The notes beneath the pieces were generated by a model. The model was not told the DNA's origin and searched no databases. It saw nothing but the letters and a program-made list of their open reading frames with translations. 64,000 nucleotides of DNA, from assembly GCA_024704765.1 (NCBI GenBank), contig JAKMXF010000312.1:62001-126000 (forward strand), read 5' to 3'. Position numbers and translations under genes: made by a program. The DNA comes from Oopsacas minuta. Taxonomy: Eukaryota; Animalia; Porifera. This document shows positions 25,430 to 38,400 of this stretch, one piece after another (position 1 is the stretch's first letter; each line of letters starts with the position of its first letter).

Positions 25430-26005
25430 ATGTCAAGTGGATTTGTTGAAGTGGACGTTTGGCCGTCACAGGAAACTCGCTCAATAAGGAGGGAGATAAC
25501 TCGCCTTCAGTTCTTAGCAGCAGCTTCCCTGATCCTTAAGGGTACACTCCTGATCTCATCAAGCTCCCTACTCACAGTTTCAGTTCTGTACCAAACAACC
25601 CATCCGATAACATTCCAATCTCTGGGGGGTCTCCTGTCTGCCACTATAATTACACCAATAACCTTATTATCACTTGTATCAGATTGTGTCCACTTCAGAG
25701 GGAAATTCATCAAATATAAGAGCATTATTGTGTTACTCGCCGCCCCATTTTGGATACTAGGGAGTGTGATTGTGGTATGTGAACTAGGATTATCAGTATT
25801 CTGGCTTATAAATATTTCAATGGATTCAGGTGTTACTGCATACTTCCTGTCTGTTAATCATATTTTTGAAGCGCCTCTCATTTTAGCGAGTGTTGTGGTG
25901 TCACTTATTGCTTGGAACCTTATTTCTAAGAGCCAATCGGATGAGAGAGCGACAGATGTGGCATGGAATGTGGATGACATAATCACCTACACACCTAGAT
26001 ACTGA
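25430..26005 (+). CDS. Small intronless four-TM protein
   Basis: 191-aa ORF with four hydrophobic segments. Confidence 0.62.
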   Translation: MSSGFVEVDVWPSQETRSIRREITRLQFLAAASLILKGTLLISSSSLLTVSVLYQTTHPITFQSLGGLLSATIITPITLLSLVSDCVHFRGKFIKYKSIIVLLAAPFWILGSVIVVCELGLSVFWLINISMDSGVTAYFLSVNHIFEAPLILASVVVSLIAWNLISKSQSDERATDVAWNVDDIITYTPRY

Positions 26006-26246
26006 TAAACTCATTTGTGTGAATATATTTATTTTGAAACCCCCTCTTTCATTTTATTTTGGATTTCAAACAAAATTTGGGATGTGAGACCAAGGGAGTA
26101 CAGGAGGGGTCCCAATTGGGTTATTAGAACATGCCCTTATATGGAAGATAACTACGGTGTATGAACCAATATTTGGTTTCATATACTTCACAATTATTTA
26201 CTTTTAGTTTCAGTAGAATCGGGCCTAATTATACTATTTTTAGAAT

Positions 26247-26777
26247 ATGGTAATCCCTTCACAATCACGACCAACTGACAAGACTAAGGTGTTAAGATTT
26301 TTGGCGCGCTTTCTCATCCTCCATCAGCTGTTAATCCTCCCAATCGCACTGTTACATGCTATTATAAGCGGCACACTTTATCCAGCACCTCTCAAGATTA
26401 TACCAAGCAATGTAACAGTTCCTGTCAATACAGATACATTCCTAACTACCAGTTACATCGTTACGCTATTGCTTATAGTTACCTCAATAGGCTTAGCTAT
26501 TTTAGGCGCCATTTACACGAATTTGATGGTACAAGCCACTTTGAAATTATCAAGTTGCATTCTGATTGGCTCTTCGCTTTTAGATGTTTGTTTACTACCT
26601 TTAGAGATTTCTAGAATAGTTTTATTGATTCAATACAACGCTGTTTTCACACCTTTTGGTGGTGTTTTGGTGGTGTTTGGGTGTGTACTTGTATTGTTTA
26701 CAATTTCCGGTATTGCACTCAAGATTACGATTGCCATTTGTGGCTTATTTGCACTTAATAGTCGATATTATCAATAA
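26247..26777 (+). CDS. Small intronless four-TM protein
   Basis: 176-aa ORF with four hydrophobic segments. Confidence 0.65.
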   Translation: MVIPSQSRPTDKTKVLRFLARFLILHQLLILPIALLHAIISGTLYPAPLKIIPSNVTVPVNTDTFLTTSYIVTLLLIVTSIGLAILGAIYTNLMVQATLKLSSCILIGSSLLDVCLLPLEISRIVLLIQYNAVFTPFGGVLVVFGCVLVLFTISGIALKITIAICGLFALNSRYYQ

Positions 26778-27127
26778 CAATAATAATAATAATATGCAAA
26801 TTTATTATCACTTATTTTGTTCAAAAATTGTTTATTAAACATTTTATTTTGTTTTGAGACAGGCGGACATTAAGAAATGGCATAAGTGGCAGTTTAATGG
26901 CATGCTGAATGTGTAGGGATTCATATTTAGCATTTTATGAGTCAGTGAACTTGAGGGAAAAATTCGGACACATTTCGTGTTTTTGGAATTTTTGGCGCCG
27001 ATTTCCACTTTATGTCCGCAAATGTGACCTCACTGCCACAAACGAGACACTCAAAATGGCATGTCCTGCCACTAATGGAACCCTTAATGTATCCTCTCTA
27101 ACACAGCTCCCCTTTCTCTACTCTATT

Positions 27128-27211
27128 GTATCCATGGTTACCTAATACATTTATCGTATCCATGGTTACCTAATACAATTATCGTATCCATGGTTACCTA
27201 ATACAATTATC
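27128..27211 (+). promoter_or_regulatory. Three tandem 28-bp units, each containing an RFX X-box-like palindrome (GTATCCATGGTTAC), just upstream of UBE2V
   Basis: gtatccatggttacctaataca(t/a)ttatc x3, ending 26 bp before the ATG at 27238. Confidence 0.55.
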
Positions 27212-27237
27212 TTATGCATTAGCTTCACACACACATA

Positions 27238-28293
27238 ATGGCTACTAATGAAGTGATAGGTAAGCTACTTATAGTAACAATTCACCAGGAGTAGTATAAC
27301 TTACATATTTGAGTTCTGATGGTTGTTAGGGACAGATTAATTGGCGCATTTATACATATAGTGTTCTATATTTAGTACCAAGAAACTTCCGCTTATTGGA
27401 GGAACTAGAAGAAGGGCAAAAGGGAGGAGGAGATGGAACTGTCTCATGGGGCTTAGAGAATGCTGATGACATGTCTCTCACCCATTGGACATGTAATGTA
27501 ATAGGTCCCCCAAAGGTTAGTAATTGATTTATACCTCGACCAATCAATTTCCATTCTCACATAGGTGTTATAATTATTATATTCAATTAACAATGAACCC
27601 TCAAATCTTATAGATCAATTCATATATTATCTAATAATCATACTCACATTCCTATTTACCTTATCTGTTGTTATGGTATTTATTTTAGTCTACATATGAG
27701 AACAGATTCTACACCATTAAGGTCACCTGTGCGGAGGATTACCCGGGCAAACCTCCTGTAGTCAGATTTATATCTAAGATTAATATGAATGGTGTTAACT
27801 CACACGATGGATTTGTGAGTTTTGTTTTGTAAATATTTATACATTATTTGAGGTTGTTTGTGTTTATTTAATTACAGTCAATTCCTGTCATATCTTAGCT
27901 CAAGCACCGTGATAATCACCTAAATATGACCGATGGAGTTTATGTTACTTTGACGGTCTGTGACCATATTTGTACGTTTTCACACTTCGATATGCCAGGA
28001 GGTGACTGTATTTACATACATGTAGAGATTGTTGTGTGTCTTGTTTATTAGTATTTCACGCCCTTTAATAAACAAGTTTCTATGTAGTTGGATCCCAAAT
28101 ATTTTCCAGTTATATTTCATTGGAGAAAAGAGTATACTATCAAACAAATCTTGCTAGAAATCAAAAGGTATATACTCAGCTGTCAACACGTATACATTGT
28201 TTGTTTACTTATTTGTTTGTTTGTTTATTTAGAACGATGGGTGAAAAATCAAACTCTAAAATGCCACAACCACCCGAAGGGACTAATTACTGA
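27238..28293 (+). CDS. UBE2V: Ubiquitin-conjugating enzyme E2 variant (MMS2/UEV1)
   Basis: Exons 27238-27259, 27376-27515, 27689-27814, 28088-28167, 28233-28293. Motifs [49 protein letters not shown]. Confidence 0.95.
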
Positions 28294-28638
28294 ACTATTC
28301 TTCAGTTGTGGATATCATACTAATACTTACGTTTGTTGTTGTTTGTTGTTTATTTGTTGTTGTTATTATTTGTTTACGTGTTGTTATGCTAGGAAGATTG
28401 AACCTCTAGTTGTTGTGTAGTCCATTATTAGTAAATCTAATTTTATACTCATATATCCATATATGGTCATTGTCAGGGCTATATTGACAACAATAACTGG
28501 CTATAGGTATTTGAACTATATTCTGGGCCTATTTATACCCATTTTAACACCTTTTCGAATAGGTTCCAGTTGCAATTTAAGGTTTTTAACTAGTTTTGTT
28601 AATGCTCAGTTAGGTGTTAGATCCATATGTCACATAAA

Positions 28639-31600
28639 ATGGATGCCACACAAGTGGCACTACTCAGACAGTTCGTTAAAGTGGTAACTGCCAAACCTGA
28701 GATCTTACAGCTACCTGAGATGGGATTCTTCAAAGAGTGGCTGCTGAAGTTAGGCGCCACAATCCCAGAACCAGAACCAGTACCGGAACCAACTAAAGAG
28801 GAACATATGGAGACCTCCTCACCCCCTAAGGGGCCGACTAAAATACCCACTCAAGAGTCTCCTAAAAAAGAAGAAGCAACTGTAAGCATTCCTTAGTTAC
28901 AATAATGGCATATAAGAATGTATATCATAAGGTTAAAAGGCTAGCAATTGATTGGTTAGGATCTGTAGTGTATATTCAATCAAGTAAACCCTCACACTTG
29001 ATTGGTCTAGTTGTTACTATTAATAGATTTCTCTACTTTTAGCCGCCAGTTGTTGAGAGCTCATCAGAGTATGAGGAGTCTCCTGAATCAGATCTGGATC
29101 TAGACATGACAGGTGTTGTAGAGGAGGATATTATTCAGAACCAAGAGATGGGGGACCATAATAAAGAGGTGAGGGATTAGTCAAGGGACCATGGATACTC
29201 AAGAGGTCATTTATCATAAATGGCGGACAGTTGTATCCAGTAACCTGATAGCTCGATGGGTGTATCTGCTGACACCTTTTATAAATATCATGGATACAAT
29301 TTGATGTAATTGGAATTTACGAAAAGTGACCCTCTTCATGATCCATAGTCCCATTAGAGCGTCCATTTTTCATGCGATCTGCACCCTTGTAACCAGAGCG
29401 ACAGATTTATTTACACCCAAATATCTCCAAGAAAGTAGCATTCCAATCGCTCAAAAGACTTTGGTTGTTTGTTTGTTTGTTTGCTTGTTCATTTGGTTAA
29501 TTGTTAGGTAAGTGAGGAGGACATGGAGAAGGCAACAGAGCTACGGTCAGACGCTATGTCCAGGGCATCAGATGGTGACATAGAGGGTGCAGTTGCCATC
29601 TTCACAGAGGCTATTAAACTGAACCCTAGCTCTGCTCTACTCTACTCTAAGAGAGCTAGTTTATACATCAAGCTGTCCAGACCTAATGCTGCTATCAAGG
29701 ACACCACCGAGGTAATTGTGTATTCTATTGAAATGTGTCACTTTAATTCGATTAGTTACCCTGCTACTTGAATGCTAGCCCCTCACTGAGGGTGTGCAAA
29801 TACCAACGAGGTAACCATGGAAACTGGGACATAACACGTCACAGAAGTACGTTAGGGAGTTGGTGAATATAATGCTATGATTCATGCTATGTAATATGTA
29901 ATTATTCAAAAGTTCAATCGCAATATTAAACAAATATTCGCAGAATAATATTTACACAAAATATCCTTTAGTTTAATATTATTAGTTCCTATTAATAGCA
30001 TTACATTATACTATATTATGGAACTAATTAATGTATAATTTCAATAGCATATATTGTGTAATGTTATACTAGTATTATCCAGTATTCGTCAGGATTTGTA
30101 AGCAAATTTAACAAATAATAACAAACAAATAATAACATTACTGAAGACGAACAAGAGAAATTATCCAACAACTTATCCTGTGGGTTCAGTTATTTGTTTT
30201 GTATTATTGGTACCATTTAGTATAATTGGGCCAATTCGGGACTACCTTGGCCCATTTTAACTCGATTATTGGATGTTTGTATGGTCCCATTTCTGGCCAG
30301 GTGGTCTGCATTCCTGGTGGCTGTATCATATGTCCTACTTGTGGATTTGACCACTTAACAAGACCCATAGGGTCAATTATTGAGAGGTAAGGTCCCAACA
30401 GTATCCGACTAGAGGTGACAATACACCATTTATGGAATTATCTGAAGGTTAGATACATATCATATATTTTAATAACAAATATTCTAATCATAGTTACGGT
30501 TACTCTCAGCATCATAAATAGTCTGATAACCACTTGTGCCATCAACACCTATGTTCTGTCTCATATAAGGGAAACAAGATAGAGAGGTTCTGAATCCGTC
30601 AAGAATTAATCTGGCCACACTTCTTAAGTGGTCCGTATGATTTATCAATTTTAGTCCTCTGACACTCTGCTTGTACTTACAAACTGTTGCTATGGAGTAG
30701 AGTATAAGGAATGTGGCTATTATTAGAACTATCACTCCAACTAGGATGTACCAATTGCCCCAAATGCCAGCTGTAATAATATAACACCCCTGTTTAGTGG
30801 TTAATTGCAATACCACATTGTTATTTTGCAATCCGTCGAATTTGAATTGTGTCGCTGTTTCGCCATGTTGACACTTTATATACAATTCTGAGTGTTTGGT
30901 AGGTTTTTCACCTTGAGGTGTGAATTGAAACTGTGCCATAATTGTGCCGTAATCCTCTGTATTTGGAACTATAAACTTGACAGATTTTTGAGTACCCATT
31001 GAGTAGCTACCACTGCCACTTGTGACACAAATAGCATTATCATCTGATTTCATACAACCAGGCAAATCGAAGGATTGTTTGCAAGGAAAATACGAAAAAT
31101 TTTTAGTGCCATTTTCCGCAGTGAATTGTAGTCCTTCTAGGTTGCTAAGGTCAACTGTACCTTTGGAATGCTGGCATTTACAACTCGATAGGCGTTTACA
31201 CTCTTCCTTACCGCCGTAAACACAAACAAATAATGCGTAAAGTAAAAAGAACTCAAAAACAAACATCGAAAATTCTCAGCCTATCAAATTCATGCTTTTC
31301 TACCTACAAACTCAATTCCTATGGCTTCTACTCGTAACTAAGCAACCACAAATATTTGACATACTACATGATCTTTGAATTTACCCTTTATTGTACACAA
31401 CATTATCTGACACTTCCAAACGGCTATAAATACCCAAAACTCACTAAATTTTATGCAAAAAACTTCATATATTATCACTATGAAAATATTCAGAATACTC
31501 GCATACCTATCTCTCCTCACCGTTGCTATAGCAAACAAAGAGGAATGCAAAAAAATAACGAATTGTAAATGCCAGCATTCCAAAGGCATTGTTGATCTGT

Positions 31601-32378
31601 CAAGCATTTCTTCACAAGTTTTCACTACTATAAAAGATCAGATTATGTACAGGTATTTCCCGTGTAACCAAACGGAGAGCATGACCGCTAGTTGTAGCAA
31701 ATCGGACGACAATGCTGTCTGTCAGTTGGACCAGAAAACTAACCTGGTGCTGGACTGGGGACAGGAGGACAGTGTCTCGTTTCTGGTACCAAACAGCCAG
31801 GATTATAGTGTCACCATCGCTAAATTTGTGTCGAAAGACAATGAGCGGAAGACGGAACTATATCTTGCTTGTCCTAAAGAAGGTAAAGAGCCAGAGGGTC
31901 TCGAAGTTTTGGAGGTACAGGGACGGAATGTAGAGCTACGTCTCACTTCAAAAGCTGCCTGTTTCACACCTAACACTCCGACCAAACCCACAACCAAACC
32001 AACCACCAAACCAACCACTAAACCTGCCATTAAACCTACTACCAAGCCACCCACCAAGCCACCTGGTAAACCCACTAAATCGCCTCCTCCAATTTTTCAG
32101 TTCGACATAACGAGATTGGGACACTGGTATGGTCTCGTTGGACTTATCACTTTGTTCCTTAGTCTATTCTTCTTATATTTTGTAATCAGATTTGTGAATA
32201 AGTACAGAGGAAAGGGAAAGACCTATGGACCATTAGAGGGATGTTCCTATCCCATAGGTCTGTTCATTGACGGATTTTTGTGTGTGTGTTCTTGTTTCCC
32301 GTTTTGTAGAAATGCGATTGGGAGACGGACGGTTGAGTACCATGCCCTTCGTGCTGAGGAAGAATATGTAAACGGTCA

Positions 32379-32415
<37 letters not shown>

Positions 32416-35400
32416 AGCTATAATTCTATTAATAGTCATTACCATTAGTGATGTTGATCTGTTGACAGTTATTGAGTAATTGCATTTATTTGTGTATTGT
32501 TTATTTTAATTTAATAATAATAATAGTTAGCATGTGGAATGTTTAAGGTTTTTTTCTTACAAATAAATTCACAAATAAGTAAACAAACAAACAAAACAAA
32601 CAAAACAACAAGTTCCCTCCATTTATACATAATAATATATCTTTGATTCAATTATCATTTTACTAAGAGCAAATAAATAATAATAAATAATAATAAACAA
32701 CACAACAACACAACAACAATCATATAACACTAGATAACTCACTCCTAAAAGGAGAATAACAAGAAAATACAAACAAAAATCCATCTTTAAACAAATAAGG
32801 TGTTTCTCTCCAAAAACTAACATTAGGAATTATTTCAACACCTCGTGCTCCTCTCACACATATTTGGCATAAAAACCCACCAATAAAATAGACCAATAGG
32901 AATGTACCCCCTAGGACAACTAATAGAATGAATAACACCGGTTCATTCTCAATGGTAAAATGTCGTAATTTGATTGGACAAGCGTTCTCAGTCACTAATC
33001 TGAATTTTAACTTTTTTTCATCATATGACAGAATTGAAAATGTGTCGCCCTGTCTCTCTATGCCACTTGTACAAATTGCCTCCACAGTCACAATTATATC
33101 TCTGTTTGTGTATATCACACTTGTTGTGAAATGTGTCGTATTTGATATTATATTGAATTCTACGTTTGTTTGTGTAGCAATTACATAATACTTCTCTACT
33201 TTTGTTATTGTCTCTTTGAGACATAAACTTGCTTTGCTATTCTTTGTACATACTTTAGTGTTCCAATCTGCTAAAATTGCGCAAGGATAATACCTATGAA
33301 GACAATAATAACAACAATAATGAGTGTGTAATTCACAGACAATTATTATTAATTCAATCAATTGATTCGTATACAAAATTGCAAAATAATTATTATTTCG
33401 AACTATTATAATAATTGCTATGGAATTGCCAATTAATTCCTAATATTATACCAATTATAATCCCGTGATTCTTGTCGTATTTTAGTGATGGAGTTTTCGA
33501 ATAATCTATTGCTCCTAGAACTTTGGGACGACGCGTACTGTTCGAAAAGATGTCAGCAATACAGAATTTCATATGGTAGTAATTTCCTAGCCCAATTAGA
33601 TTTGAGGGTTCACCCAGTACGTAATATAGGCTCACATTATATTCGTTCAAATAATTGTACAAATTACGTCATGGTTTGTTATGCCTATCTGAGAAACTGA
33701 TTGGTTTATAATATACTCTAAAATACAGAAAACAGAAGTCGACTGTATTTCTATAGAATTGTATTATCCATAGTCCAAAACATGAACTTACTTATATTCC
33801 AAATATGTTCCATTCATGTGATGATGCGCTATGAAATATTTTCCTCTCAGTTTTGATAGATCCACCTTCTCGCGAGATTTATAGACACAAGAACAGCTGT
33901 TAATTCGCCTACAAACCTCACTCAATACAGTTTGTATGCAAACTATAAATAGTATCAATGTTGTTATCTGCATCTATAAACATACAAGAATGTATCCAGC
34001 TGCAAAATGCAGTCAACTCCTGTTAGATGAAACACGGATATAGTGAAGTCTTAATTGTACAAATATGGTCACAAACCGTCAAAGTAACATATATCCCATC
34101 AGATATATTAAAGTGGGTATCAGGGCCCCTTTGATATAACAGGAGTTTACTGTAAATATTCGAGATTTTAAATATCTAATTAATATCTTAAAACACCTCT
34201 CAGAGAGGTGACGAATATCTAACCCAATCTAATTGCGATTTAATCGTCTTATTAAATATTTGGAAAAGCTATTCTAATCTTAAAATGTTACAAAAGTGTA
34301 TCTGTTGGTTACATCCAGGCTCAATTGGTTATTCCTCTTTTAAGAATAATTTACAATATCTTGTCATTACTATCCTATGTGTTCTACTTCCCCTGTCACG
34401 CATAGTATTACATATTTGTCCAGCTAATCAGTGGATTCAACCCTTTGATAATACAACTGATATATCTATATTTGACAAACACAAGACCCCAGCTTCCTAA
34501 TAGTTATGTTACATAAACTCATTCAAACGGTGCGTGGGTATCCCTATATAAATGTGAGGGAAAAATTGTTTGTGAGTTATTATCCAAGTTTAAATACACA
34601 AAAACACGTAAATTCAATACAGTTTTATTTTTTTGATATATGAAATGTTGATATTTTCACACCTTCAAGAGCCAATTCAAATCCTACTAATCCTATTCCT
34701 TGCTTATCTCATAACTTGGATTATTTGTCTTTTGATAACTATATTATTTGTGTGTACTTTAAGCGCCATATTAATTATCACCCTTTTAAGAGGCAGAGAA
34801 TATTCACATATATTAAGAGTACATAACACCTCGCTCCATTTCCTATTCCACATATGTCTTGTGCCTCTATACTCAATGCTTGGAGTGCCACTTGCAATAT
34901 TTTACGTCATTTTGGCTACAATTTTGAACTTTGGGTTGCTGTTTTGGACACTAACTTGGATGTTATACTCAAAGATATTGACACTATTCTTTGAGACAAA
35001 AACCAATATTGTATCTTACAAATCATTCGAACGTGCGAACTCAGCAAAATCAGATGAATGCTATCAATTGAAACAGCTGGTCTTAAAAAAACACATTTGA
35101 GGATTTTACACCTTTTGTATGCTATTTATACTTTGTTATTTGTTATGTCAAGTTATATATTAAACAGGAAATATAGGAATGTGTACCTTGAGTGTCTGTG
35201 GGATTGTAGGAACATGTGTGGTCCAAATAATCTACTGTTATTATCTAATCAAACCTCCCCCGAGCGGGTAAAATAGCTTTAGCGAATTCCTAGTCCCTTA
35301 CAGATGATCTTTCATAAACGCGGTAGTATTTTGGGCGTCCCTGACTGGCCTAGCTTATCCATGGTTCAGTAATGCAAGCAAATCGTGCGTATAGATAAAT

Positions 35401-38400
35401 CTGTGGAGGTAACACTGAATTTCTATCAGGTCATGATAGAAGCTTCGCTATTAATCTGTACGCACGATTTGCTTTGTATTACTGAACCATGGATAAGCTA
35501 GACATTATGTGAGCAATAATTCTTCTAATCGCATTAACAGATCGTATAGTAGTTTTGTTTACCTTTCTCAATAAACACAAACAACAAATTCACATATAAC
35601 TTGAATATTGTACGCACAATTCTCTGTTAGATATTTATACTATTCCCATCCACAATGTGAATCAACCAGCTGATAATCACGTGAATATTTGCATTGTTGA
35701 ATATATGAAATTTATAATAGGTGTAGGGAAGGCTATCTTCAAAATATATACCTGTCTTATTGTCATGAATATATGCATATGAGTACATTAAAGGGGCGAT
35801 TTGCACCTAGGGCAGGTGATTTACTGAGGATATAATCTTCACACCTTTTTCATCACGGTATTTCTCATATTTTTAGGAATTTGAAGTGGCATAATATGTG
35901 GCAGCCTGACACACACCATTCGGCCATAGCGACACCAAATTCTTACTGATACAATATAGTGTAGTATAGTTCTAAATATAGAACACGTGATAGGGTATTG
36001 AGTATCCATTAGGGACATATATATTGTTTGAGAGTGTATTAGCACACAAATGAATTATTTAGGAATAATACTAACAGTGTGCCTGCTTAACACTGTATTC
36101 ACTCAGGAGGTTAAAAAAGTGGGAGATTGTGTCTGGGCCACTTCTGACCTCACACTTGACCTGAGAGACTTTGGATTTTTGGAATACGATAACCCTTCAG
36201 GAGTAGCTACCTACAGGTATTACCCATGTACCATTAACGCTGATTGGGATCCTGATAACTGTGCTATTCGAAATAAACCCGCACTTTGCCAGGAGAACTA
36301 TGAGGCTGTGACATATATAGTCGGTAAGCAAGAAACTGCAAGTGTGAAAATAGTGTCGAAGGACACATTTGAATTAACATATACTGATGGTAATGATGGT
36401 AGAAAAGGAGTTGTCACTCTAAGTTGTTTCCAAAATTCAGATGAATTCAAGTTTGATTATGAGGAGTATCCTACTTATTTCTTTTCTATGAGTGTAGAGA
36501 ATGCTTGTAAGAGTGAGGGATACCCCGGGGGGTCTACAGGAGGAGATGATGGAGGGTTCGCGTTATTCATAATCCTAGTGCTCGCGTCTATCTTCGCCGT
36601 GACAACGTATATTGTAGGAGGAATGCTGTTTATGTATTTGCATAAGAAAGAGAGAGGAATTGGATTAATACCAAATCTAGCTTTCTGGAAAGATTCCCCA
36701 TTTCTATTCAGAGACGGATTCTTGTTTACTTTCTCATTTATCCCGCAGGTCAGAGAGTACATGAAGGATCACATTAAAGAGGATTACTCCAAAGTACCCA
36801 GTTAATATTGTTTGTATTTACTTGTTGTTTGTATTGTTATTATTAGAGTAGTAATTACATGTTGTACATATATTTCACTTTGAAACGGTCAAGGTTGCAA
36901 TGCTCTCCTTTGATTTGAGACATACAAAGTCTTAATGACTTCCTCCATATCTATAAATAACCAGAAGGCATATTTTAACACCTCCCTTAATTAATCATAT
37001 GACAGAAATTCTAAGAAAATAGCACATTTTCTACTGAATTAATAACTAAGAATAGAAGTATAGTTCTATAATATAGAACACGTGATAGGGTATTGAGTAT
37101 CCATTAGGGACATATATATTGTATGAGAGTGTATTAGCACACAAATGAATTATTTTGGAATAATACTAACAGTGTGTCTGCTTAACACTGTATTCACTCA
37201 GGAGGTTAAAAAAGTGGGAGATTGTGTCTGGGCCACTTCTGACCTCACACTTGACCTGAGAGGAATTGATTTCGTACAGGACTTCGATGACAATAACCCA
37301 GCCACCTACAGGTATTATCCTTGCAAGATAGAGTCGAATTGGGATGATACAGAGTGTACTGTCAGTAAGCAGACAGCTCTCTGCCAGGAGTATCATGGAA
37401 GTAAATATCTAATTGGGAGACTAAATCAAGTTAGCGTTAAGTTAATTAAGGAAAATACTTTTGAGTTAAAGTATAGCGGAGGTAGCAAGAGTCGAACCGG
37501 AACAGTAACGTTAACCTGCTTCCAGAATTCGGACAGTTTTGCGTTCGTTCGAGAAGAAAGTGACCCTTTTAGATATTACTTCAGTATGAGCGTGAGTACT
37601 GCTTGCAAAAATGGAGTGCCCGGGGGGTCTACAGGAGGGGATGATGGAGGATTCGCGTTATTCATAATCCTAGTGCTCGTGTCTATCTTCGCCGTGACAA
37701 CGTATATTGTAGGAGGAATGCTGTTTATGTATTTGCATAAGAAAGAGAGAGGAATTGGATTAATACCAAATCTAGCTTTCTGGAAAGATTCCCCATTTCT
37801 ATTCAGAGACGGATTCCTGTTTACTTTCTCATTTATCCCGCAGGTCAGAGAGTACATGAAGGATCACATTAAAGAGGGTTACTCCAAAGTACCCAGTTAA
37901 TATAGTTTGTATTTACTTGTTGTTTGTATTATTATTATTATAGTAATAGTTTTACTGTTAAATGCGACAAATACCAATACCATTGTGCCTTCAAGGAGTC
38001 CCTGAGGTCTGACTGGGCATATATGTTGCTCACCATGGCACGAGCACTCAGGTCTCCTTTCATAACTTAATAATAATAAATAATGTTATAATAATGACAA
38101 TACAAACAAACAAGTAAATACAAACAATATTAACTGGGTACTTTGGAGTAATCTTCTTTGATGTGATCCTTCATGTACTCTCTGACCTGCGGGATAAATG
38201 AGAAAGTAAACAAGAATCCGTCTCTGAATAGAAATGGGGAATCTTTCCAGAAAGCTAGATTTGGTATTAATCCAATTCCTCTCTCTTTCTTATGCAAATA
38301 CATAAACAGCATTCCTCCTACAATATACGTTGTCACGGCGAAGATAGACGCGAGCACTAGGATTATGAACAACACGAATCCTCCATCATCCCCTCCTGTA

